Notes under the pieces: generated by a model
The model's input: only the letters and a program-made list of their open reading frames with translations
Database searches by the model: none
Told to the model about the DNA's origin: nothing
Shown: one piece after another, positions 8,800 to 16,260 of the stretch
How positions within the stretch are numbered: position 1 is the stretch's first letter
How the letters are laid out: each line of letters opens with the position of its first letter
Position numbers and translations under genes: made by a program
Virus record (IMG/VR): IMGVR_UViG_3300030104_005222
Coordinates: 53,174-73,173 of that record
From: an uncultured virus (IMG/VR IMGVR_UViG_3300030104_005222)
Taxonomy: Duplodnaviria > Heunggongvirae > Uroviricota > Caudoviricetes
Direction: 5' to 3' (one strand)
Length of the DNA stretch: 20,000 nucleotides

Positions 8800-9137
8800 G
8801 TAGAAACAATATGCACACAACGGAAAACAATCTCAGCACCATAATCGTTTGAGATCTTATACATGGTCGGTGAACGCTGACCTCTGACCGATGACGGAGC
8901 CGATTGAACAATTTTCAAAGCTGCGTCGTAGTTATCTTTATCCCGAAAAGGAATTTGATAATTACCGAAGTCAGTACTTAAGTTGATCACGTACGTTTTT
9001 GGTTGAGGTTCAGGTGCCTTTGGTGCCTCTTTTTTAGGTGCAGCTTTCTTAGGTGCAGCTTTTTTCGGTGCAGCTTTTTTTGGTGCTGACGTTTTTGCTG
9101 GTGTCTTCTTTGTTGTTGGTTTTTTTGCCGTAGGCAT
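8787..9137 (-). CDS. Lys/Ala/Pro-rich histone-H1-like protein with a small C-terminal domain
   Basis: KKAAP repeats, AAGGAG RBS upstream, candidate extended -10 promoter. Confidence 0.7.
   Translation of the reverse strand: MPTAKKPTTKKTPAKTSAPKKAAPKKAAPKKAAPKKEAPKAPEPQPKTYVINLSTDFGNYQIPFRDKDNYDAALKIVQSAPSSVRGQRSPTMYKISNDYGAEIVFRCVHIVSTYEL
9030..9086 (-). repeat. 15-bp tandem repeat (about 3.8 copies) encoding PKKAA
   Basis: TTTYTTnGGTGCAGC units at 9030, 9045, 9060 and a partial copy at 9075. Confidence 0.85.
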
Positions 9138-9162
9138 GGAAGCTCCTTACTTCAATAAAATT

Positions 9163-9171
9163 ACTATAACA
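9163..9171 (-). promoter_or_regulatory. Candidate extended -10 promoter for the histone-like gene
   Basis: Minus strand reads TGT-TATAGT. No good -35 element. Confidence 0.4.
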
Positions 9172-9190
9172 GAATGTAGGTTTTGGTGGT

Positions 9191-9220
9191 TTGACAGATC
9201 GGTCGTAGTGCCGATAGAGT
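9191..9220 (+). promoter_or_regulatory. Candidate sigma70-like promoter for the DUF927 helicase
   Basis: TTGACA (9191-9196), 18-nt spacer, TAGAGT (9215-9220). Confidence 0.45.
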
Positions 9221-9330
9221 TGTCGGGTCTGATTCAAAACTCCCCAGGTAATGGTTCAGGCTTTGGGTTGCATCGTCCAGATTTGTCATCTGGGCGGTGC
9301 GTTCCCGTGGAACGGACTTTAATATAACGG

Positions 9331-11460
9331 ATGGTGAAAATGGAAAGTGATGGCTCAGCGACGGTAGAAGAACCTCGCAGTGCAGAACAGGCTGAGCCCA
9401 GTCGAACAGCAGGAGAACAGGCTGAAGAGATTATTCAGTCTTTATTGTCTTCGTTGCAAGAGGGTAATCGAGTAGAACAACGTGCTGCTTGGGCAGAGTT
9501 GCATGACCCAGACATCATGGCCACGTTGGCCGATGGGTGGAGACAATCGGAAGGCACGTTGAGTGCGGCGCTTTCGATCATTGAAACAATACCAGGACAG
9601 GTGCAAAGGTCTCGTACGTTTCGATCTGCGGTTAGGCGCTTGGCAGAAGAGCGTAGTCGTCGAGACGCCGAGGCTATGCTGGATCAACTTGAGGAAGAGT
9701 TGGGTCAACCACAAACGTTGGCTTTGGCGTTTGGTCCTGGTGCACCACCACCCTCTGTTGTTGAGCACCAAACGTTGGAGACGCTTCATGTCCCAAGGGG
9801 ATACGAGATTGATCTGACTGGTGTGTATCGTTTAGCCGCATCAGTAGACGGAACGATCAACAGAACAAAGATTGCTGCCGCACCGATTTTTATCGGGGGC
9901 CGGACGATTGATGTGTACACGGGCGAGGCAAAGCGTCAGGTCATCTGGCGTGGTCCAAGCGGCTGGTGCTCACGTGTTATAGAGAGACGAACAATTTTAG
10001 ACGCTTCAAAGATCGTCGCATTGACGAACCTGGAAGCACCAATCAATTCAAACACAGCCGGTCAGATGGTTTCGTACCTGTCTGATTTCGAAGCTGAGAA
10101 CAGTCATAGGTTTCCTGTGGTACGTTCTGCGGCTCGGATGGGTTGGCAACCTGACGGTGGGTTTTTATTACCCGATGTGTTTTACGCTGCGAATGATGAG
10201 GCAAGTTCCAATTTTGCTTTGACTCCACCAAGCGGGCTAGAAACTTTATCATCTGGGTGGACTACCGCTGGATCCTGGGACGACTGGATCGAAGCGATGG
10301 AGCTTGTCTCATCATTCCCTTACATGTACATCGCTACATACGCGGGTGCTGCTGCACCATTGCTTTCGATACTGAAGATCCCTGGCTTTGTTGTGGACTT
10401 TAGTGGAGAGACAAGTGGTGGTAAGACTACTGCGTTGCGATTTGCTGCTTCTGTTTGGGGTCGTCCCGCTGAGTCATATCCAACAGCCATGTATTCCTGG
10501 GACGCTACGAAGGTTTGGATTGAACGAACCAGTGGGTTCCTCAGTAATCTACCGTTGATTCTCGACGAGACGAAACGTGCGCGTCATCCTCGTATTGTGC
10601 GTGATGTGATCTATGACTTTTGTCAGGGGCAGGGTCGTGGTCGTGGATCGGTCGAAGGTACACGGCACACTGAGTCGTGGCGTTCTGTGTTGATCAGTAG
10701 TGGTGAGGGTGCAGCGACATCGTTTTCTCAAGATGCAGGGACACGGGCACGCGTGTTGAGCCTGAAGGGTAAACCTTTGGGATCAGATGTAACCATCGGT
10801 TCACGAGTCAGTGAGGAAGCGCAGGTAATACTTGCGAGTAACTATGGGCATCTGGGTAGGCGTGTAGCTCAGTACCTTGTGTCTAATCACGAAAGGCATA
10901 ACGACATACGGCAGATCTTCCAGCGGGCTCGCGAGAAGTACGCAGGTGTTGCCCGCACAGCCGTGGCTCGTAGACACGCAGGACACCTGGCGGTATTAGA
11001 AGTGACAGCAGCAATCGTGCATTTACTTGGAGTACCAAAGCCTGATGTCGATCCATTTTCCTACCTGATGGAGTCACAGGAGATGGCAGGGCTGGATGCC
11101 GATCGTCCCTTGGCGGCACTACAGGACTTGTTGTCGTGGTGCGCCACTCATCAGCAACGGTTCTGGGGTCGAGCAGAAACTGATTTCCACGGCCACGCCA
11201 AGGCTCCGCAACGTGGATGGGCAGGCAGTTGGGGTGGTGGTGATGACTGGGAGTACATTGCGATTGCAGTCATTACTTTCAAAGAAGTAATCAGAGAGAT
11301 CGGCCATGACCCTGATGAGATCATCCAACGTTGGACTGCACGGGGATGGTTGAACACAGGAAACGGTCGACATCGTAGTCGTGTAGTCAGAGTCGATGGT
11401 GCGCCCACGCGTTGTTACTGCATCGACAGAAGCGCATCCGACTTTGCGTTGGGTAATTAG
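9331..11460 (+). CDS. DUF927-containing replicative helicase (Cch/MCM-like AAA+)
   Basis: DUF927-like region (RMGWQPDGGFLLP), Walker A GETSGGKTT, ASVWG.P, Walker B LPLILDE, GQGRGR, WR..LISSGE, GTRARVL, NYGHLG and a C-terminal winged-helix-like region. Confidence 0.8.
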   Translation: MVKMESDGSATVEEPRSAEQAEPSRTAGEQAEEIIQSLLSSLQEGNRVEQRAAWAELHDPDIMATLADGWRQSEGTLSAALSIIETIPGQVQRSRTFRSAVRRLAEERSRRDAEAMLDQLEEELGQPQTLALAFGPGAPPPSVVEHQTLETLHVPRGYEIDLTGVYRLAASVDGTINRTKIAAAPIFIGGRTIDVYTGEAKRQVIWRGPSGWCSRVIERRTILDASKIVALTNLEAPINSNTAGQMVSYLSDFEAENSHRFPVVRSAARMGWQPDGGFLLPDVFYAANDEASSNFALTPPSGLETLSSGWTTAGSWDDWIEAMELVSSFPYMYIATYAGAAAPLLSILKIPGFVVDFSGETSGGKTTALRFAASVWGRPAESYPTAMYSWDATKVWIERTSGFLSNLPLILDETKRARHPRIVRDVIYDFCQGQGRGRGSVEGTRHTESWRSVLISSGEGAATSFSQDAGTRARVLSLKGKPLGSDVTIGSRVSEEAQVILASNYGHLGRRVAQYLVSNHERHNDIRQIFQRAREKYAGVARTAVARRHAGHLAVLEVTAAIVHLLGVPKPDVDPFSYLMESQEMAGLDADRPLAALQDLLSWCATHQQRFWGRAETDFHGHAKAPQRGWAGSWGGGDDWEYIAIAVITFKEVIREIGHDPDEIIQRWTARGWLNTGNGRHRSRVVRVDGAPTRCYCIDRSASDFALGN

Positions 11461-11512
11461 GGCGACACGTTGCACTGTGGTATTGCAAATATTAATCGGG
11501 TAGACTGAAGCC

Positions 11513-12076
11513 ATGAGTGATGACGTGCAAGACGAACTACCTGACGCTCCAAACGTGGACGCGGCCCCAGCAAACCAACCTCTACATATTGTGCCGACAT
11601 CTGTCGTACCGGCTGGAGAACAAGAGGTAGCAGCAATGCTGGCAGAACAGGCCAGATTCAATGACGAACCTGAAATGAAAGCTGTTGCAACAAGGCTGTT
11701 GGAAGCTGGATATACAGTACACAGTGCGGCACGTCGTCTGGGTCTGCGGTCGTCGACAGTCTGGTCCTGGTCGAAAGAACCTGCAGTTGCTGCTGCAATC
11801 ACAAGTGGTGCGGCACGTCGCCGTACGGTGCTTGGACAGGGATTAGAAGAGGCTGCAGAGCAGGCGTTAGGTACGTTGCTTGAAGTAGCGAACGATGTGG
11901 GAGCGCAGCCACGAGATAGGGTGAAGGCGTCAGAGGCAATCTTGGATAGGTGCGGGATTACTCCGACCGCTAATGGGCAGAGTGCGGCGGTGGGCGTGAC
12001 TATTGATGTCGACTTCGATGAACGGTTGGCTCGTATTGTAGCGGGCGCTGGTGTCAAAGCCGAGACGGAAACCTGA
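11513..12076 (+). CDS. HTH protein, probable terminase small subunit
   Basis: HTH (TVHSAARRLGLRSSTVWSW), then a helical region with RVKASEAILDR, a pattern common in small terminases. Confidence 0.55.
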   Translation: MSDDVQDELPDAPNVDAAPANQPLHIVPTSVVPAGEQEVAAMLAEQARFNDEPEMKAVATRLLEAGYTVHSAARRLGLRSSTVWSWSKEPAVAAAITSGAARRRTVLGQGLEEAAEQALGTLLEVANDVGAQPRDRVKASEAILDRCGITPTANGQSAAVGVTIDVDFDERLARIVAGAGVKAETET

Positions 12077-12111
12077 AATTAGGATATGATGTTTGGGCAC
12101 GTGGAGGCATC

Positions 12112-12429
12112 ATGCACGGATCGGGACCGAAGTTAGTCATCATCGCGAAGAAAGAAATGTTGGGTGAAGAGATGCCGGATTATGACGGCGATTCGTTTCA
12201 CGAAGCGAAAAAGAAGATGATGAAGGACAAGCCAACAGAAAGTAAGTACCCTGATGAGCCTCACGCTGCGATGAAGGCGATGGCAGAGGAATTGTACAAG
12301 GCTTCTAAACTGCACGCAGGGCAAGCAGATAAGTTGATTGAACTGTGCGAAGAGATGTATGGCAAAGATGAAGAGCCATTCGTTGCGTCGGGCCACAATC
12401 CTCATGGTAACAAGTCGTCGATGTATTGA
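12112..12429 (+). CDS. Hypothetical protein
   Basis: GGAGG RBS; last + strand gene before the convergence point. Confidence 0.65.
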   Translation: MHGSGPKLVIIAKKEMLGEEMPDYDGDSFHEAKKKMMKDKPTESKYPDEPHAAMKAMAEELYKASKLHAGQADKLIELCEEMYGKDEEPFVASGHNPHGNKSSMY

Positions 12430-12438
12430 TGCGACGGC

Positions 12439-12469
12439 AAAAAAACGCCGGTACAGTACCGTGGCCGTT
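12439..12469 (-). terminator. Possible weak second intrinsic terminator
   Basis: Minus strand reads AACGGCCACGGTA-CTG-TACCGGCG followed by T7; the stem is bulged. Confidence 0.3.
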
Positions 12470-12505
12470 AGTTGAAGACTGAAGACAGAGACTGGAAGTG
12501 TGCAT

Positions 12506-12545
12506 AAAAAAAGCCCGCCAGGTAGGAAAGTGACCTGACGAGCTT
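12506..12545 (-). terminator. Rho-independent terminator of the - strand gene block
   Basis: Minus RNA AAGCUCGUCAGGU-9 nt loop-ACCUGGCGGGCUU-UUUUU forms a 13-bp stem. Its two G-U wobbles pair only on the minus strand. Confidence 0.85.
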
Positions 12546-12601
12546 GGTCCCGAGGGACAGGAAATCGGACTGACTGTGAAGTCAGTTGTATGGTAACGCG
12601 A

Positions 12602-12784
12602 TTAACACATGTCGGCTAAATTCATCAGGACAATGTGGTCAGTATCTAAAACGTCATCATCAACGGCAACGCCGATATGATTGATTGGTAGGTACTCGTG
12701 CTCATAAAGGAAGGTCACGTTTTGGGTTAGCTGCTCTGGTGTTAATGACTGTGAAAGGTTGTCGATGAGTTCATGGTAGGTCAT
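12602..12784 (-). CDS. Small acidic hypothetical protein
   Basis: 60-aa ORF between the upstream gene and the terminator. Confidence 0.6.
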   Translation of the reverse strand: MTYHELIDNLSQSLTPEQLTQNVTFLYEHEYLPINHIGVAVDDDVLDTDHIVLMNLADMC

Positions 12785-12800
12785 GTGTTACCTGGTTCGT

Positions 12801-13499
12801 TTAGTGGATTAGGAAGCCGACGATGGGTGGTGCGTTTTCGTCTTTGGGATTGCACCAACCGCATGTGTTGCAGTCTTTGTCGGAAACTTGTGCGGGGCAC
12901 AAATGGACTGTGCGACCCTCGGGAGTGGTGTAGCGTTCGCCGTTCCACTCAGGGATTGAAGATAGTGATGCGCGTTTTGACCCTGGTGTCTTGCGGTCTG
13001 TGATAGTTACGGCGGCGTGCCATCCGGAAGATACGGCCTTGTCGGCGCGAGCGAGGGTGTCGACGGATGCCATTGCCAGGTACTTGAGGTGACGTGCGCG
13101 TGTGTCGAAGAAGTGGGTGTAGATTAGTAGGCCGCGCATTCCTGCGCGGCGCACTTTTTTGTGCCAGGATTCGACCGTGTCTCGGGGGAAGATACATGGG
13201 TCACCACCGACGGCGGCACGGACATAGCGTGCAGTGTTGCGAGAATGCTGTAGAGCGTAGTCAAGCGTGTATTGGGTGGGGTGTTGTGCGGCACGGCGTT
13301 GCATGGATGCTTGGGCACCGGTTGCCTGGCCGTTCCAGAAGTAGCAACCACCACCTTTGCCTGTGCGTTTGTTTCGTCGACGTAGTGGGCATCCTTTGCA
13401 GGAAGACTCTGTCTCGTCGCGAGTTGCACCGACGTATCCTTGAGGTATGGGGCCGGTCTTCGTGTTGCGTGAGTCGGGACGCCATAGCATTGTTGGCAT
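12801..13499 (-). CDS. Cys-rich phage protein (gp88-like, possible Fe-S/radical-SAM-like fold)
   Basis: NTKTGPIP, SCKGCPL...GCY, VR..VGGD, YTH, ASVD, CPAQ....CNTCGWC and C-terminal GFLIH; AGGAG RBS. Family recognised from memory. Confidence 0.55.
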   Translation of the reverse strand: MPTMLWRPDSRNTKTGPIPQGYVGATRDETESSCKGCPLRRRNKRTGKGGGCYFWNGQATGAQASMQRRAAQHPTQYTLDYALQHSRNTARYVRAAVGGDPCIFPRDTVESWHKKVRRAGMRGLLIYTHFFDTRARHLKYLAMASVDTLARADKAVSSGWHAAVTITDRKTPGSKRASLSSIPEWNGERYTTPEGRTVHLCPAQVSDKDCNTCGWCNPKDENAPPIVGFLIH

Positions 13500-13508
13500 G
13501 GTGGGCTC

Positions 13509-13841
13509 CTATATGTCTTCGCGTGGTGGGGGGCCGTTGTGTATGGTGCGTATTTGGGGATCATCGTTGAGGGCTTGAGCCAGGCGGGATTGTGGTTCGA
13601 CTGGAGGTTGGTTGACGTCACCGTTGATGCTGAAAGGATTGAACGGTTGTCGTGTTGCGTAGTCTTGTAGCACCATGCCAATGACACTCTTCAAACCATC
13701 AAGGCGTAGTTGTTCTTCTTCAAGGCATGAGCGAACCTCGTCGTAGGTAGCGTCGGCTGTGTCACAATAGACCTGGGTTTTGGTGCGAGATTCGACTGCG
13801 ATTCGGTAGGCTTGGATTTGGTCGTGGATCATGTGGAGCAT
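13509..13841 (-). CDS. Hypothetical protein
   Basis: Start moved to ATG 13841, 4 nt after the upstream stop, which removes a long overlap. Confidence 0.55.
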   Translation of the reverse strand: MLHMIHDQIQAYRIAVESRTKTQVYCDTADATYDEVRSCLEEEQLRLDGLKSVIGMVLQDYATRQPFNPFSINGDVNQPPVEPQSRLAQALNDDPQIRTIHNGPPPREDI

Positions 13842-13845
13842 TGGG

Positions 13846-14100
13846 TTACCAGATAGTTTTGTAGGTTGGCATTGGAAGATGGTCGTCACCCAGTGCTTCT
13901 CGAGTGACGTCGTAGTAGGTGTTTTCCCAGTCGTCGGGAAGTGAGCCGGCACCTTTTGGCATGATTAGTTGTATGACTTGGATAGCGTCGGAGAACCACA
14001 TACCGGCGCGCATTAGGCGGGCGACGGCGTATTGGTAGAAGAATACGTGGTTCGGTTGCAGGTCACGGGTTCGGCCCTTGAGCAGGTCATTGCGTTGCAT
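13846..14100 (-). CDS. Hypothetical protein
   Basis: GAGG RBS; tiles with neighbouring genes. Confidence 0.6.
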   Translation of the reverse strand: MQRNDLLKGRTRDLQPNHVFFYQYAVARLMRAGMWFSDAIQVIQLIMPKGAGSLPDDWENTYYDVTREALGDDHLPMPTYKTIW

Positions 14101-14440
14101 CGGAGCCTCGGTTGATTGGGTGGATGTAGATCATGACGTCCTCGATGGTGCACAGTTCTTTGTCGATTGCGGCCTGCATTATTTGCTGATGGCTTAGGGT
14201 TTCGTCGTACGTGGGGAAGTCGCGTATATCGAAGTTGTGTACGCTGGTTGGGTCACCCCATGAATCAAGGCCGTCTCCAAGCGTGTACCAGTAGGTGAGG
14301 CGGTTGTTTGGGTCGTCGTCTTTGTAGCAGTGATAGACCTTGATGTACTGTAGGTGTTTGTACAGAGCGCGTTTGAACTGTACGAAGTGGTGACATTTGA
14401 AGGCCAACTCGGGTGGTATCCATTTTGTTTCCCACGGCAT
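14087..14440 (-). CDS. Hypothetical protein
   Basis: TAATG coupling with the upstream gene; protein-like composition. Confidence 0.6.
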   Translation of the reverse strand: MPWETKWIPPELAFKCHHFVQFKRALYKHLQYIKVYHCYKDDDPNNRLTYWYTLGDGLDSWGDPTSVHNFDIRDFPTYDETLSHQQIMQAAIDKELCTIEDVMIYIHPINRGSDATQ

Positions 14441-14661
14441 TAGGACAAACGCTTTTGCAGTTCAAGTTCGCAGCATGTAAGTAACCACTGAAGCTGCTCG
14501 TTTGTAAACATAGTCAGTTGATCCTGGTAAATCGTTACTTCAGCTTCGGCATCGAAGTCTGTAATTTCGACATGGGCTATATCGTTTTCGATGGAGAGTT
14601 CTACGTCGGCGCTGGAGATGAATACGCCGTGGGTGAATGTGATGCTGGATGGTTTGGTCAC
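14440..14661 (-). CDS. Hypothetical protein
   Basis: GTG start 4 nt after the upstream stop; TAATG overlap downstream. Confidence 0.55.
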   Translation of the reverse strand: MTKPSSITFTHGVFISSADVELSIENDIAHVEITDFDAEAEVTIYQDQLTMFTNEQLQWLLTCCELELQKRLS

Positions 14662-14665
14662 TGGA

Positions 14666-15109
14666 TCAGCCTTGGGTGATTACGCGTAGGCCGCGTGTTG
14701 TTTCTGGGATGGCGGTTGTAGTTGTGTCGTAGTCTTCGATGATTAGTTCACCGTCGAACTGTGTGCTGCCGGTACGTGGGATCTCACGGTAGGGCATGAT
14801 TTGTTCGATACGGTGGTCAAACCATCCGTGGTCGGCGTGTTCGAAACGGCCCTTGCGAATGTCGGTGAGGTTGTCTAAGAGTGCTGTGTATTGGGAGGGG
14901 GTGAGGCGGTCGAGCAGGTAACGTACGATGTGTGCACTGCCGCTGTCGTTGCGGCGTTTGGTGACACCGGCCTTGCCTCGACGTACTACGCCGAGAAGGG
15001 TGCATGTCACCTCGACTGGGTAGGTGCCTGCGTCGAGGTCGGCCTTGAAGTGGGAGGCGTTTTTACCTTGGTTGAATTTTTGTAGGGCGATGGTGGTAAT
15101 CGGGTCCAT
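14666..15109 (-). CDS. Hypothetical protein (MDPITTIALQKF...)
   Basis: Start moved to ATG 15109 (AGGA RBS) to avoid overlap with the upstream gene. Confidence 0.6.
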   Translation of the reverse strand: MDPITTIALQKFNQGKNASHFKADLDAGTYPVEVTCTLLGVVRRGKAGVTKRRNDSGSAHIVRYLLDRLTPSQYTALLDNLTDIRKGRFEHADHGWFDHRIEQIMPYREIPRTGSTQFDGELIIEDYDTTTTAIPETTRGLRVITQG

Positions 15110-15116
15110 GGGAATC

Positions 15117-15494
15117 CTATAGTACTGCGACTCGAGGGCCGTAGAAGTTGTGGGTTGCGTGGTAGGTTGTTGATAAGCGGGCGAAGTCGGACTCGTACAC
15201 GGGAGTTTTAGTGCCGAGGGTGACGAAGGAATCGTATTCGTATGGGTCATAGATGATACGTTTGTAGTCGTGGTCGTTTGGGTGAGGTGTCGACTGGTCG
15301 GAGGTCAGTAGTGTTCCGCGTGCGAAAGCGTGTACGTTCTTGCGGCGGGTTTTTAGTACGCGAGCACGACCGCCTGGTTGAACGACCCACTTGATGTCAC
15401 GTAATAAAACAAACTGTGTGTGGTCGATGACCTTGCCTTTGTGGCGTACACTGAAGCAGTTTTTGTTTAGGTTCCAATAGACTTCAACTTTCAT
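15117..15494 (-). CDS. Conserved phage hypothetical protein (MKVEVYWNL...RKNVHAF type)
   Basis: YWNL..CFSV, GR.RVL..RRKNVHAF..G and YDPY..F motifs, recalled from a widespread phage family. GGAG RBS and ATGA overlap at 15494. Confidence 0.65.
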   Translation of the reverse strand: MKVEVYWNLNKNCFSVRHKGKVIDHTQFVLLRDIKWVVQPGGRARVLKTRRKNVHAFARGTLLTSDQSTPHPNDHDYKRIIYDPYEYDSFVTLGTKTPVYESDFARLSTTYHATHNFYGPRVAVL

Positions 15495-15661
15495 TTCAAC
15501 TCCAGTATTGATTCGATCCATTGTTTTTGTTGGGTGTCGATGATTAGCGAGCAGAGTGTGTCGACCTCGGTCTGGATCAATTCGGTGTGACGTTTGCCTA
15601 TTTCTTCGTCTATGGTTTTTACGTGAGTTAGCATGGCATCGAGTATTGCTTCGTAGTTCAT
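15491..15661 (-). CDS. Small hypothetical protein, 56 aa (MNYEAILDAMLTHVK...WIESILELK); not in the ORF track
   Basis: Translated by hand; ATGA overlaps at both ends. Confidence 0.65.
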   Translation of the reverse strand: MNYEAILDAMLTHVKTIDEEIGKRHTELIQTEVDTLCSLIIDTQQKQWIESILELK

Positions 15662-15792
15662 GGTTTCGTCGTGCGAAAGGCGTCACGTAGAAGATCCCAA
15701 TCGATATCATTCATGGTTCCTCCGTCTTCGGATGCAATCAGTACGTGCTCGATTACAGAACGTAGGTATGAAATAGTTTGTTGTGGTGTCAT
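15658..15792 (-). CDS. Small hypothetical protein (MTPQQTISYLRS..., 44 aa)
   Basis: AAGGAG RBS; ATGA overlaps at both ends. Confidence 0.6.
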   Translation of the reverse strand: MTPQQTISYLRSVIEHVLIASEDGGTMNDIDWDLLRDAFRTTKP

Positions 15793-15989
15793 GATTGATC
15801 TCCTTCGTAGCATTCGGCGCATACAATTTCGTCGTCGAGTGGTGGGTGGGTTTCGCATAGGTGACACAACTCAGAGTACATGCATTCGCGGCACAGCCAG
15901 CCGTTGCCTGTTTCGGTACGGTTGATGAACAAGCCGCTTCCAGGTGTGGTGTTTTGTTTGCATTCTACGCATAGGTCGATGGTGGCCAT
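15789..15989 (-). CDS. Small multi-CxxC zinc-finger protein
   Basis: Four CxxC motifs (CVEC, CREC, CHLC, CAEC); GGAG RBS. Confidence 0.65.
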   Translation of the reverse strand: MATIDLCVECKQNTTPGSGLFINRTETGNGWLCRECMYSELCHLCETHPPLDDEIVCAECYEGDQS

Positions 15990-16002
15990 GGATGCTCCAG
16001 GA

Positions 16003-16089
16003 TGGTGCTTGAGGCGGGACTCGAACCCGCATGGCTGTGATGCCGGGAGATTTTAAGTCTCCTGTGTCTACCGGTTCCACCACTCAAGC
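16003..16089 (-). tRNA. trnL-TAA: tRNA-Leu (anticodon UAA), 87 nt with encoded CCA
   Basis: Minus strand GCTTGAG...GGAGA-CTTAAAA-TCTCC, long variable arm, GCGGG-TTCGAGT-CCCGC, CTCAAGC-A-CCA: a complete cloverleaf. Confidence 0.95.
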
Positions 16090-16093
16090 ATGT

Positions 16094-16254
16094 GAAGGGG
16101 AGTGGGTTGGTCTGGCAAGGCGAGGTTGGGGTTGAGGTGAAAGAAGAAAAGTGTGGGGTGAAGGGGAATGGCCTGGGTTGGTCTGGCGAGTCGAGGAATG
16201 TTACGGTAGGGTGCGGGCCGAGAGGTGCCAGGTTGTTATGGTGCCTGGCTCACC
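16094..16254. ncRNA. Pentamer-periodic array 1 (two tracts, linker, hairpin); candidate guide-like ncRNA
   Basis: On + strand, G at every fifth base over 16094-16139 and 16155-16225, mostly GG-N-NN. Linker GAAAGAAGAAAAGTGT; hairpin GCCAGG...CCTGGC. The repeat structure is directly visible; RNA status is inferred. Confidence 0.7.
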
Positions 16255-16260
16255 GAAAGT

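Noticed and set aside
9136..9327. 63-aa + strand ORF
   Set aside because: No RBS, starts head-to-head with the histone-like gene, and spans the promoter candidates.
11119..12057. 312-aa - strand ORF, and other long antisense ORFs such as 667-1371, 5270-5683 and 13094-13570
   Set aside because: Shadow frames opposite well-supported genes, with low-complexity composition and no motifs.
16003..16089. tRNA as a prophage attachment site
   Set aside because: No integrase or duplicated tRNA 3' end in the window, and phage-like genes continue on both sides.
16094..16225. Simple microsatellite or G-quadruplex as the explanation of the arrays
   Set aside because: The units are not identical, only position 1 (and partly 2) is fixed, and linkers and hairpins recur at two loci around the same genes. 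Two-tier G4 folding remains possible but does not explain the architecture.
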